DNA of 64,000 bases from Acidimicrobiia bacterium (GTDB taxonomy: Bacteria; Actinomycetota; Acidimicrobiia; Spongiisociales; ZC4RG35), in NCBI GenBank assembly GCA_965203555.1, contig CBDBCY010000004.1:608001-672000 (forward strand), written 5' to 3'. Below are positions 9,317 to 20,428 of this stretch, one piece after another. The stretch's first letter is position 1. Every line of letters begins with the position of its first letter. The position numbers and the translations under genes were made by a program. Under the pieces are notes generated by a model, which ran no database searches, was not told the DNA's origin, and saw only the letters and a list, made by a program, of their open reading frames with translations.

Positions 9317-10087
9317 TTAACTTCCTCCGAAGGTAGCCCGACGTTTCTCGAGGAAAGCGGCTACCCCCTCCCGAGCGTCGTCGGTCCAAAAACTGTCGAC
9401 AAAAGCCTGTCGCTCAACCTCCATTGCATCCCGCAGGTGGAGCCCCAGGCCTCCGATCAGCGCCCGCTTGGCGGCTCCCAGCGCCACGGTCGGGCCCCTG
9501 GCGAATTGTTGTGCGTCTTCCATGGCGCGGTCCAGCAGTTCCTTGGCGGGGAACACCTTGTCGGCCAGACCCAGTTCCCGGGCTTCGGCGGCCGACACGA
9601 ACCTGCCGGAAAAGACGATGTCCTTGGCCTTCTGGAATCCGACGATGCGGGCCAGCCGCTGGGTTCCCCCGGCCCCGGGGATGATTCCCAGCTTGATCTC
9701 GGGTTGTCCCACCTGGGCGTCATCGGCCAGGTAACGAAAATCACAACCCATGGACAGTTCCAATCCACCGCCCAACGCGTATCCGAAAACCGCGGCGATG
9801 GTGGGCTTGGCGAGGGACTCCAAACGCCAGATGGCGTCCACCAACTCAGAGGCGAGGTCTTCGGTCATCTTGCCGGAGTCGTAGGCGGCCTGGAAACCTT
9901 TTATGTCCGCACCGGCGGCAAAGTGGGGCTGCCCGGTCACAATCACTGCCCGCACGGCGGGATCCTCGGCTCTCCCGAACGCTTCATTCAAGTCAGTGGA
10001 CAATTGCAGCGAGAGGGCATTGACCGGCGGGCGGTTGAGACGCACCACCGCCACCGAACCCTCCCTCGAGTATTCCACCAATGACAT
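9317..10087 (-). CDS. Enoyl-CoA hydratase/isomerase
   Basis: LNRPPVNAL, FAAGADIK, ALGGGLEL, PEIKLGIIPGAGGTQRL. Confidence 0.95.
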   Translation of the reverse strand: MSLVEYSREGSVAVVRLNRPPVNALSLQLSTDLNEAFGRAEDPAVRAVIVTGQPHFAAGADIKGFQAAYDSGKMTEDLASELVDAIWRLESLAKPTIAAVFGYALGGGLELSMGCDFRYLADDAQVGQPEIKLGIIPGAGGTQRLARIVGFQKAKDIVFSGRFVSAAEARELGLADKVFPAKELLDRAMEDAQQFARGPTVALGAAKRALIGGLGLHLRDAMEVERQAFVDSFWTDDAREGVAAFLEKRRATFGGS

Positions 10088-10400
10088 CAGAGCCTCCACT
10101 TTCCTTCGCCGGCCGCCGGGACTCCACCGAGATTACACATGAAGCAAGGCGGACAACTTCCTTCCCATCCCCCTGCCGTTCCCGACCCCGGATCAAAACC
10201 ACCCCCCACAACGCGAAAACTTTCACCGGCAAAGGGTTGACTTCTGTCCCACCCCTTTTGCAAATTGAATGAAACCAGAAACCGACGAGGGTTTGATCAG
10301 ACGTCATCAGGCCCGCCGGAGGATCATATTGGATACAGCTCCCAGGAGGAGCCTGGCGCAGCGCGCCATCAACGGCACGGCGGAGGTGGGGGAGGGACCC

Positions 10401-10460
10401 ATTAACTGGGGGTTTCGCGCATTAACCCGGGGTTTCGCGCATTAGAGGCGAGATTTCGCG
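10401..10460. repeat. Tandem 20-bp repeat: two near-identical copies and one degenerate copy
   Basis: ATTAACTGGGGGTTTCGCGC / ATTAACCCGGGGTTTCGCGC / ATTAGAGGCGAGATTTCGCG. Confidence 0.85.
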
Positions 10461-10676
10461 AGTGCACGGCCACCGTTGCGGTGCTTTCTCGGCGACGCTT
10501 CCTTGTCTGTTCACCCACAGTTCGCGAGCAGGTTGGTCCCACAACCTTGGCTGCGCAGGTGAGCCAATCCCATGTCAAGCAGCCGCACCGGCCAGTGTTC
10601 CTAGAATGGGGCAAGCTGTTAAAACCGCTTTCGGATGGTCATCAGTAGGGCAAGCGGCGGGGAGAGCGCGGACACC

Positions 10677-11903
10677 GTGAGAAAATCTGTGAGGGTTTGG
10701 GTTGTGGCGGGTCTGTTGGCGTTGTCGTACGCTGCAGGAATGTGGTCGCAGGTTGTGACCCCTTTGGATTGGCCCGGTGAGGCGGTTCCCGCCAAGGTGC
10801 TGATGATCGGTCTGAAGGACGGTCGCTTCCTGGGATACGCGGTGGCCGACCTCTCCGAACGCAAACTCGAGGTCTACTACGGGAGACACATCCACTCCCC
10901 TGTCGGTTCGGGCGGCGGTTTCATCACCTCTCGTGGCGACATTCTCATCGAAGGAAGAAGAGGGGGGTATTTGGTGCCGGGTGGAGACTTCGCGGAGCCT
11001 TCATTACCCGTGAGACCTTCCAGACATGTTCCCGAAAGGGATGGTGTCGCGCCCTCGATGGGGTTTGTGACAGACCCCACCGGTTCCCTGGTGTGGATCT
11101 ACCAGAACATCGACATGCCCGGGCTCTGGCCGGATCCGAGGGGAGGAGCGATGAGTCGCATCAAGGAGACGTGGGTGGATCTCTTCAATGTCGATACCGG
11201 CGAGATTGTTCTGACGGCCGACATCCACGGGGACTGGGGAGTGGCGGGGGCCCTACAGGAGGGCCTGTTGCTGCGCGAGAGACACAACCGTATCTTCAAG
11301 GTCAACCGTCACACCATCGACAGCACGGTACTCGAGGAGCCGGGGCGGATTCTGATTCTCAGACCGGACGGACGTCGAGAGTATGTGACGCCGGACCTGG
11401 ATGGGACACCGAATCTTGAGGCACCGGCAGAGGGATGGAGACAGGGATTCGGGATCTGGGGTACCTACGGGAGCCGTTTTGCCCTTATGACGAGGGACGA
11501 AGGGGAGATGTTTGTAGTGGAAGCCGACACGGGCGTTACCCACCCGGTACCGAAACCGCGCGCCGGTGTCTGGAGATGGACGGGCCTCCCCGAGATCAAC
11601 ATCGAATCCTCGTCGTCACAGAACTCGGACGTGTTCCTTACATTATTTCAGACCACAGTTTCCGGCCAGCTCACCAACGACTGGTCCCTGCACGAAGTCA
11701 GGCTCTCTGATCAGTCGGTTCGCAAACTCCACGAGTCGCGGCTTCGTGCCAAGAGCGTTGCCAACGGTACGGCTGCGCTGGCGTTTACGGGATGGCCGGT
11801 ATCACCGGACAACGACGCGGTGATCAATCTGATCGGTCCGAACGGGGATTTGATCCCGGTGGCAGCAGCACCCGATGACTTCTTTTTCCTCGACGCCTCC
11901 TGA
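10677..11903 (+). CDS. Hypothetical secreted beta-rich protein
   Basis: Long ORF, signal-peptide-like N-terminus (VRKSVRVWVVAGLLALSYAAG); no recognised family. Confidence 0.7.
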   Translation: MRKSVRVWVVAGLLALSYAAGMWSQVVTPLDWPGEAVPAKVLMIGLKDGRFLGYAVADLSERKLEVYYGRHIHSPVGSGGGFITSRGDILIEGRRGGYLVPGGDFAEPSLPVRPSRHVPERDGVAPSMGFVTDPTGSLVWIYQNIDMPGLWPDPRGGAMSRIKETWVDLFNVDTGEIVLTADIHGDWGVAGALQEGLLLRERHNRIFKVNRHTIDSTVLEEPGRILILRPDGRREYVTPDLDGTPNLEAPAEGWRQGFGIWGTYGSRFALMTRDEGEMFVVEADTGVTHPVPKPRAGVWRWTGLPEINIESSSSQNSDVFLTLFQTTVSGQLTNDWSLHEVRLSDQSVRKLHESRLRAKSVANGTAALAFTGWPVSPDNDAVINLIGPNGDLIPVAAAPDDFFFLDAS

Positions 11904-11918
11904 GAAACCAACCGCTTC

Positions 11919-13970
11919 CTAGCGTTCCGGGTACTCCAAGAAGACGCCCCGTTCCCAGTTGTCTATCCGGTGAACGCCGATTCCGAAGGAGGTCACCGAA
12001 TACAGCCGGTCATCAATGACTATCACCCGCTGGGGGACGGCTCCCCATGCCCGGTTCCAGGCCCTCTCGTCTTCGCGGACCGGCCCGTCCTCGAGAGGAC
12101 GCAGGAGCGCCTCCAGGATCAGTTCGCCGGATCGCACCTCCACCGCCGCCACGCCCGCGTCCAGGACGTAGTAGTCCTCTTCGTCCTCCCACCAGTAGGC
12201 GTGGTAGGGAACGTACGCCAGGTCCTCGAAATAGAGGAAGGCTCGATGGTCACTCTGCACCGGGGACCAGCTGTACATGTCGTGGTCATAGTCTTCGGGG
12301 AGAAGGAGTTGAGCCACCCGGATGGGATCGGTCGGATCGGAGACGTCGAACAGCGAGACCTGCAAGCCTTCGACCCGTCCCTCCAGGGAGGCGTCCTGGC
12401 CCACTCCCAGCAACAGGTCCTCGCCCACCGGGTGCAGGTACGAGGAGAAGCCAGGGATCTTGAGTTCTCCCAGCACCTCGGGGCTGGTGGGGTCGGAGAG
12501 ATCCAATGCGTAAAGCGGATCAATCTCACGGAAGGTGACCACGTAGGCGTCAGATCCCATGAACCTCACCGAGAAAATGCGTTCTCCCTCCCCCAGCCCC
12601 CAGACCGATCCGATCTCCTCGAGTAAATCGCCCTCGGGTCGGAGCACCGTCACGTGACTCTCGGAATCTTCCGACCACCACCAAGGCGGTGAGGATGTGG
12701 CGGCCACTCGAAGGTCTCCGTCGTATTCGTCCATCGAGAATTGATTCAATAAGAACCCCTCCACTTCTCCGCTGGCCTCATAGACAGGACTTCCGGAGCG
12801 GGAGGTGTCGAATTTGTGGATCAGCGTCGTGTATCCAAGGGATTCCGACCGCACGACGTCGTCGGAAAGGGCCCGCCAGTCGACCCACCGGGAAGTGGCC
12901 ACGTAGACGCTTTCGGGGGTGGCGTAGATCGTGTCCCCCTCGGCCACCACACTGGCCGTGGTCCAGTCAGCGATCCCCTCCGAAAGATCGAACATGACTA
13001 TGGAGAGTGTGTTCAAACCAGAGAACACGCCCGGCGCCAGGACGTTGGAGCAGTCGACCATCTGTCCCCACTCCGGATCTCCACCGTCGGGGTCAGCCAG
13101 CACATAGGCCGGCAGCCAATTGCCCAGGGTGGAGTTGCGCACCAACTCCCGGTTGGCCTCTATCGCATCCTGCTCGGCCCGCAGGCCGCTCCCGCGGGGA
13201 CGTTCCCACTCGATCCCCACCGGGCTGGAGGTGATCACCACCCTGGCTATTCCGTCGGAGAGCCGGGACCCGTTGTAAATGCCGTCCATGCTCAGGTCAG
13301 CAACCACCTCGGGCGATCCCCTGTCGGAGATGTCGACCTGAACGATGCGGGTGACGGTGCCCACCCGGTACTCGGAGGCCACCAGCAAGAGCGTGTTCTC
13401 GTAAAGCAGCATCTCCCGGGGCTCGAAGCCGACGTCGAGCGTGGACTGAAGGTTCATCGCGCCGTCATCTACTTCGACGATGCGAAGACGGCGCAGGTCA
13501 TCCAGTGAATAGATGTGGAAGCCGTCGGTCTTCACCAGGTCGGCCTCGTCCACTCCGGCCACCTGCACATTCGTGCCGGTGAAAGAGGGCGTCGACTGCG
13601 AAGAGGCGGCGGGCTCGGCCTCAGCCGCCATTTCCTCCTCATCCGCCATCGCCTCGTCACCTCTCCAGATCGAGGAGCCTCCGTCCAGCCCGTAGGGTCC
13701 CACCAACTCCAGGGCGTTCTCGATGTAATAGTTCAGGATCGCGTCGCAACTCGCGAACGTGCGCAGCCCGACCGTGACCAGCGTCGGCCCTGCATCTGCA
13801 CCGGTCGTGGAAGTGCCCGCCTTGGACGTGGATGTGGGTTGCTCCTCAACCGTCGTATCAATAGGTGCAGCGGTGGTAGAGGTCTCCGAAGGGATCTGGA
13901 CCTCCACGTCGGCGCGGCAGGCCGAAACCAGCATTATCCCCACCACTGTCAAAGTCAAAAGGCGTTTCAT
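11919..13970 (-). CDS. Beta-propeller domain lipoprotein (Beta_propel-like)
   Basis: Lipobox VSAC; TNVQVAGVDEADLVKTDG; LLNQFSMDEY; VVTFREIDPL; GELKIPGFSSYLHP. Confidence 0.9.
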   Translation of the reverse strand: MKRLLTLTVVGIMLVSACRADVEVQIPSETSTTAAPIDTTVEEQPTSTSKAGTSTTGADAGPTLVTVGLRTFASCDAILNYYIENALELVGPYGLDGGSSIWRGDEAMADEEEMAAEAEPAASSQSTPSFTGTNVQVAGVDEADLVKTDGFHIYSLDDLRRLRIVEVDDGAMNLQSTLDVGFEPREMLLYENTLLLVASEYRVGTVTRIVQVDISDRGSPEVVADLSMDGIYNGSRLSDGIARVVITSSPVGIEWERPRGSGLRAEQDAIEANRELVRNSTLGNWLPAYVLADPDGGDPEWGQMVDCSNVLAPGVFSGLNTLSIVMFDLSEGIADWTTASVVAEGDTIYATPESVYVATSRWVDWRALSDDVVRSESLGYTTLIHKFDTSRSGSPVYEASGEVEGFLLNQFSMDEYDGDLRVAATSSPPWWWSEDSESHVTVLRPEGDLLEEIGSVWGLGEGERIFSVRFMGSDAYVVTFREIDPLYALDLSDPTSPEVLGELKIPGFSSYLHPVGEDLLLGVGQDASLEGRVEGLQVSLFDVSDPTDPIRVAQLLLPEDYDHDMYSWSPVQSDHRAFLYFEDLAYVPYHAYWWEDEEDYYVLDAGVAAVEVRSGELILEALLRPLEDGPVREDERAWNRAWGAVPQRVIVIDDRLYSVTSFGIGVHRIDNWERGVFLEYPER

Positions 13971-14102
13971 GTTTTGCCCCCTTGTTCCGGAGTCCCTCCT
14001 TGTTGATCTCACATTAGGTCCCGCAAAGGTCGTATGTCCGGGGATTGTTCTCCCCGATCATCTTTCAAGACGCAGCCGGCGCCGAATAGTTTCCTTGCGC
14101 AA

Positions 14103-14950
14103 TCACCAGCGCGCGGCGGAGGCCATCTCCCGCACCGCCGTCGCCAGGCTCCGTGCGGCATCATCGGCGCCGGACGACTCCAGCACCCGTCGCACCAGAG
14201 CGGTTCCCACGATGAAGCCGTCGGCCAGCCGGGCGGCGATCGCCGCCTGGTCGGAATTGGAGATACCCACCCCCAGTACCACCGGAATGTCGGTGACTTC
14301 CCGGATACGGTCCACCATCTCCTCCACCCTGCCGCTCCACTCGCTTCTCTCGCCCGTCACCCCCAGGTTGGCGACCAGATAGATAAATGTCGGCGCCGCT
14401 TCGGCCACCGCCTTGATCCGGTCATAGGTGGAAGTGAGCGCCACGAACAACACCATGCCCAGACCGTGGCGCCGGGCTGCTTCACTGAGTGGCCCGGCCT
14501 CGTCGAAAGGCAGGTCGGGGACGATCATTCCGGCCGCTCCGGCCTCTGCCAAGCGATCGCAGAACCATTCGGTCCCCCGGCGGAACACCGGGTTGGCGTA
14601 GGTCATGGCCAGCGACGGGAGCCCGGTGGTCTCCTGGACCTCCCCCAGTATGGAAAGGCTTCTGTCCAAAGTGGCCCCCGCTTCGATCGCCTGCTCGCTG
14701 CCCCGGCATATAACCGGCCCGTCCATCAAAGGATCCGAATAAGGAATTCCCACTTCGAAGCCGTCGGCGCCCGCCTCCGCCATCGCCTCGAACAATTCGG
14801 GCGAGGAAACCGGATCCGGAAGGCCGGCCGTGAGGTATGGAAGGAATACCGACCGTTCCTCCCGGCGAGCGGTCACGAACAGGTCGCAGATCCGCTCGGC
14901 GCCCGACCGCATCCTCGCAGCTGCGGCGGAAGGCCGCCGACCCGGTCCCG

Positions 14951-14954
<4 letters not shown>
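14103..14954 (-). CDS. trpA: Tryptophan synthase alpha chain
   Basis: [37 protein letters not shown]. Confidence 0.96.
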
Positions 14955-16116
<1,162 letters not shown>

Positions 16117-16120
<4 letters not shown>

Positions 16121-16722
16121 AAGTTCTTGGCCTCTTTCACAAAGGAACGGATCAGGGCGGGATCTTTGACTCCCAGGGTGGACTCTAGATGAGAGGAAGC
16201 GTCCACGCCCCATGGTTGCAGCTTTTTCACCGCCCCGGCCACATTATGTGGACCCAGTCCCCCCGCCAAAACCCATTCACGGTCGATCTTCGGCACTCTG
16301 TCATAGTCGAACGAGCGGCCGGTCCCTCCGTGACGGCGGGAGTCGGCGGTGTCGAGAATGGGGATCTGAGAAGACGGCACGCCGTCCAGGGACACCTGCC
16401 GTCTGCCCACCTTGATCGGTCTCAGGACCATCAGCCCGTGACGCGCCGCGGCTGCGGCCGCCTCCGTTCCATGTTTTCCGTGCGGCTGCACTCCCCCGGC
16501 CCCGACTCGTTCCGCCAGTTCGATCAGATCCTCGGCCGTTTGGTCCACGGTCACCAGGACGCCGGGTATCGGGGAGGACTCCGCCAGGAATTGTGCGTTG
16601 TCAACCGTGATACAGCGCGGTGTTCCCGCCGCCAGCACCATTCCGAAAGCATCGGCGCCCGCTTCCGAAGCCGCCTCAAGATCCGACAACTTGGACAGCC
16701 CGCACACCTTCACCCAGACCAT
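16117..16722 (-). CDS. trpF: Phosphoribosylanthranilate isomerase
   Basis: [29 protein letters not shown]. Confidence 0.95.
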
Positions 16723-17483
16723 CAGGCGCGAACACCTCTCATGCGGGAAACCAGATCTGCGGGATCGGACGCTCGAACCAGCGCTTCTCCCACCAGGATG
16801 GCGTCGTAGCCCGCGTCGGCCATCTGCGCGGCCTGCGCCGGGGTGTGTATGCCGCTTTCTGCGATCCGAACCTCCGCCTCCGTCAGCAGGGGCGCCAACC
16901 GCACGGAGGTTTCCAGGTCGACGTTGAAGCTGCGAAGATCCCGGTTGTTGACTCCCACGATTCGGGCGCCGACCGCTTTCGCCCTGCGGGCCTCCTTGTC
17001 ATCGTGCACCTCGACTAGCGCCGCCAAACCGGCCCGGGCAGCCACCTCCAACAGCTGCGAGAGCCGGCGGTCATCCAGGATCGCCACGATCAGAAGCACC
17101 GCATCGGCCCCGATCCGCGCTGCTTCCCAAATCTGGTCGGGGTCCAGGGTGAAGTCCTTGCGCAGCACCGGTATGTCCACCGCTTCGGCGACCATGGTCA
17201 GATCCTGGTTGGACCCACCGAAGTGATACGGTTCGGTCAACACCGAGACCGCCGCCGCCCCGGCCTGCTGGTATATCCGGGCCTGCTGCACCGCATCCAA
17301 TCCGGAGGCCAGCACCCCCCGCGAGGGCGAACGCCTCTTGACCTCCCCTATCACGCCCAGTCCCGATCGGCCCACCGCCGTGCCGAACCCCCGGGCCGCC
17401 CGCGGAGTCTGCCGGTCCTTTCCCGCCCGTTCCTTGAGTTCTGCGATCCGCCGACGGGTCGAGGCGATTATCTCATCCAGCAT
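16722..17483 (-). CDS. trpC: Indole-3-glycerol-phosphate synthase
   Basis: EVKRRSPSRG, SVLTEP, LRKDF, GVNNRDL, AESGI; start at MLDEII (ATG 17483). Confidence 0.96.
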   Translation of the reverse strand: MLDEIIASTRRRIAELKERAGKDRQTPRAARGFGTAVGRSGLGVIGEVKRRSPSRGVLASGLDAVQQARIYQQAGAAAVSVLTEPYHFGGSNQDLTMVAEAVDIPVLRKDFTLDPDQIWEAARIGADAVLLIVAILDDRRLSQLLEVAARAGLAALVEVHDDKEARRAKAVGARIVGVNNRDLRSFNVDLETSVRLAPLLTEAEVRIAESGIHTPAQAAQMADAGYDAILVGEALVRASDPADLVSRMRGVRA

Positions 17484-17574
17484 CGTCCTGACGATTCTAC
17501 GCAAACCCGACCTGGACGTCGGCCCGCCGTAACCACCTGTCGCAGGAGCGGCCGAACCGGCCGGGAGGCGATGG

Positions 17575-18360
17575 TTAGAAGCCGAAGATCTCCCGGCAGG
17601 CCTGGGCCGCCCGGTCGCTGTCTCCGCCGTGGGGATCCAATTCGAAGGAAACCAACCCGTCATAGCCCTGTGACCGGAGGACCCGGCGCAGATACGGGTA
17701 ATTGATCTCGCCGGTCCCCGGCTGTCCTCTCCCGGGAACGTCGGCCACATCGAACCTGCACATCCAGGGCAGGGCCGCAAGCAGGTTGTCGGTGAGCCGG
17801 CCACCCGAGAGCTGTTGGTGGTAGCAGTCGAATGCCAGCCGGACCTGAGGATGGCTGACGGCCCGGCAGATCGCCAGGGTAATCCCCACCTCGTCCCAGA
17901 AGTAACCGGGTACGTACACGTTGTTGACGGCCTCCACCGCCAGGGTGATCCCGGTTCCCTCCACCAGCTTCACAGCTTCCCGTAACCCGTCCACACAAGA
18001 CTGATAGCGAGCCTCCCGAGTGAGCGGCGGAGGCTTGACGATCACCCCGCCCGGCCCGATCCCGTCGCTGAAGGTGTGCAATTGGGTAGCCCCCACCCGC
18101 TCGGCCACCTCCACCGAGGCGGCCAACTCCTCCAGTACCCGCCCGCGTTGGGAAGGGTCGGCCAGACCTCCCCGGCGATGCCCGAAGAACCCGCCCAGGG
18201 CAACACCCTCCAAGCGACAGGTCTCGCCCAACTCGTCGATGCCCACATCTCTGTAGTCCCACAAGTCCACCTGATCGAAGCCCCAAGATGCCGCTTTGCG
18301 GACCCGGTCGGGAAAGGAGAGCTCGGTCCACATGAATTGCAGACTGACCCCGTATCTCAT
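17575..18360 (-). CDS. Hydroxypyruvate isomerase-like (Hyi/AP-endonuclease-2 TIM barrel) protein
   Basis: FMWTELSFPDRVRKAA, VEAVN, FDCYHQQ, ADVPGRGQPGTGEINY. Confidence 0.88.
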   Translation of the reverse strand: MRYGVSLQFMWTELSFPDRVRKAASWGFDQVDLWDYRDVGIDELGETCRLEGVALGGFFGHRRGGLADPSQRGRVLEELAASVEVAERVGATQLHTFSDGIGPGGVIVKPPPLTREARYQSCVDGLREAVKLVEGTGITLAVEAVNNVYVPGYFWDEVGITLAICRAVSHPQVRLAFDCYHQQLSGGRLTDNLLAALPWMCRFDVADVPGRGQPGTGEINYPYLRRVLRSQGYDGLVSFELDPHGGDSDRAAQACREIFGF

Positions 18361-19136
18361 CACACCCCTCCGACCGTGGCGCCCCCGTTGACGAACAGGG
18401 TCTGTCCGGTGATCATCCGCGCCTGCGGGGAAGCCAGGAACACCACCGCGTCGGCGATGTCGGGAGGAAAGATGGCCTCGGTGAGCATCTGACCTTCCGC
18501 CACCAGCCGCAGATACCTCTCGGGGATCTCGGCGGTGGTGATCTCGGTGGTGACCAGCCCCGGCCCCACCGCGTTGACCGCGATGTCGAACGGACCCATC
18601 TCCCGGGCCAGGCTGCGGGTCATGACCGACACCGCCCCCTTGGAAGCCACGTAGTGCATCAGATTCGACATCCCGAAGGTAATCACGTTCGAGGAGAGGT
18701 TGACCACCCGCCCCCCTCCGGTCGCCTTCATCGGTTCCAGGACCTCCCGGCAGAGCAGGAAGATGGAATCCACGTTCACCTCCATCACCCGGCGCCACTC
18801 GGCCAACTCGATCTCCCAAAAGGGCCTGCGCGGTATCCCGGCGAACAAACCGGCGTTGTTGATCAGGATGTCCAACCGACCATTGCGGTCCACAACCTGC
18901 GCGACCGCCGCCTTCACCCCTTCCTCATCAGTTACGTCCACCAACTGGAACTCAGCCCGACCATTCGCGGCCGCAATGGCATCCACCGTCTCCGCAGCCG
19001 GGGCCAGATCGAAGATCTCCACTGTGGCGCCCCGAGACGCCAGAGCCTCGGATATCTGACGTCCGATGGCTCGGGCGCCCCCAGTGACGATCGCCACTTG
19101 CCCCGTCAGACTCTCCTGGTTTTTTCCTGTTTGCAT
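18360..19136 (-). CDS. Classical SDR oxidoreductase
   Basis: TGGARAIG, NNAG, NLSS, YVASK, VNAVGPG. Confidence 0.93.
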   Translation of the reverse strand: MQTGKNQESLTGQVAIVTGGARAIGRQISEALASRGATVEIFDLAPAAETVDAIAAANGRAEFQLVDVTDEEGVKAAVAQVVDRNGRLDILINNAGLFAGIPRRPFWEIELAEWRRVMEVNVDSIFLLCREVLEPMKATGGGRVVNLSSNVITFGMSNLMHYVASKGAVSVMTRSLAREMGPFDIAVNAVGPGLVTTEITTAEIPERYLRLVAEGQMLTEAIFPPDIADAVVFLASPQARMITGQTLFVNGGATVGGV

Positions 19137-19153
19137 TCCTTTCTCCTTCCCAA

Positions 19154-19387
19154 CTATTCCACAATCGCCAGTGCCGTACCGACATCCACCGTCTCGTCCA
19201 CTTCGACCAGAATCTTGGTCACGGTTCCAGCCACCGGCGATTCCAGGTCCACCTCCACTTTCTCGGTTTCCACCACCCCGATGACATCCCCCACCTCTAT
19301 GCGGTCCCCTACCTCGATCTCCCAGGCAACGATGGTGCCCTCCTCCATGGTCAGGCCCCACTTGGGCATCAGTATGTTCTCAGCCAT
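19154..19387 (-). CDS. Stand-alone lipoyl carrier domain protein
   Basis: 77 aa; MPKWGLTMEEGTI...VETEKV (lipoyl Lys); stop right after the domain. Confidence 0.9.
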   Translation of the reverse strand: MAENILMPKWGLTMEEGTIVAWEIEVGDRIEVGDVIGVVETEKVEVDLESPVAGTVTKILVEVDETVDVGTALAIVE

Positions 19388-19447
19388 TGGTTATCTGCCT
19401 TTCCGGCATTGTGCAGTCCCTTACGGTCGGACAGGCGGAGGCCGGTC

Positions 19448-20428
19448 CTACTGCCTCTTGACGGTAGCCCGGATACCGTCTGCGATCCGGGCGGCGTCCG
19501 GTATGACAAATCCCTCCAACTCCGGAGCGTAGGGCATAGGGGTGTTCGTACCGCACACCCGGCCCACCGGCGCCTTCAGCAAATCCCACATCTCCCCCGC
19601 CGCGATGGCGGCTATCTCGGCGCCCACGCCTCCCCGACCCGGGGCTTCATGAGCCACCAGCAGTCTCCCGGTCTTGCGAAGGGAAGTGGCCAGCAATCGG
19701 CGATCGAAGGGGACAAGGGAGCGGGGATCCAGTACCTCCACCGAAATCCCCTCCCCTTCCAGGGTCTCCGCGGCTTCCAGGGCGGCATGGAGAGTGTGGA
19801 GATAGGAGACCACCGTCACGTCATCTCCCTCCCGAGCCGTTCGCCCAACTCCCAACGGCAGGGGACCCACTTCATCGGGGACCGGATCGGACCGGCCGTA
19901 CAGCAACTTGTGTTCGAACACCATCACCGGGTCGGGATCGCGGATGGCGGCCTTCACCAAACCCTTGGCGTCGGCGGCGGTGGACGGCGCCACCACCTTC
20001 AAGCCGGGAGTGTGAACGAACCACGCCTCCAGGCTCTGGGAGTGCTGTCCGGCGGTGGCGCCCGCCGTCCCGGTCACCATCCGCACGGTCACCGGAACCC
20101 CGATCCGCCCTCCGGTCATGTAAGAAGTCTTGGCGGCCTGGTTGACCAGCATGTCCATGGCCAGGGTCACGAAGTCCCCGAACATCACCTCCACCACCGG
20201 ACGGGCCCCCACCAGCGCCGCCCCCACTGCCGCCCCGACTATGGCTTCCTCGGAGATGGGAGTGTCGAACACCCGGTCGGGACCGAATCTGCCATAAAGA
20301 CCCCTGGTGACCCCGAACACCCCGCCGGCCTCCCCGATGTCCTCCCCGATGAGAAACACCTCGGGGTCTCTCTCCATCTCTTCCGCCAGCGCCTCGCTGA
20401 TCGCCGCCCCGTACCGCAGTTTCCTCAT
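19448..20428 (-). CDS. ThDP-dependent dehydrogenase E1 beta subunit (AcoB/PdhB-like)
   Basis: GEDIG, DTPISE, QHSQSLE, FEHKLLY. Confidence 0.93.
   Translation of the reverse strand: MRKLRYGAAISEALAEEMERDPEVFLIGEDIGEAGGVFGVTRGLYGRFGPDRVFDTPISEEAIVGAAVGAALVGARPVVEVMFGDFVTLAMDMLVNQAAKTSYMTGGRIGVPVTVRMVTGTAGATAGQHSQSLEAWFVHTPGLKVVAPSTAADAKGLVKAAIRDPDPVMVFEHKLLYGRSDPVPDEVGPLPLGVGRTAREGDDVTVVSYLHTLHAALEAAETLEGEGISVEVLDPRSLVPFDRRLLATSLRKTGRLLVAHEAPGRGGVGAEIAAIAAGEMWDLLKAPVGRVCGTNTPMPYAPELEGFVIPDAARIADGIRATVKRQ

Noticed and set aside
10401-10460. CRISPR array
   Set aside because: Units are 20 bp and abut without spacers; no cas genes
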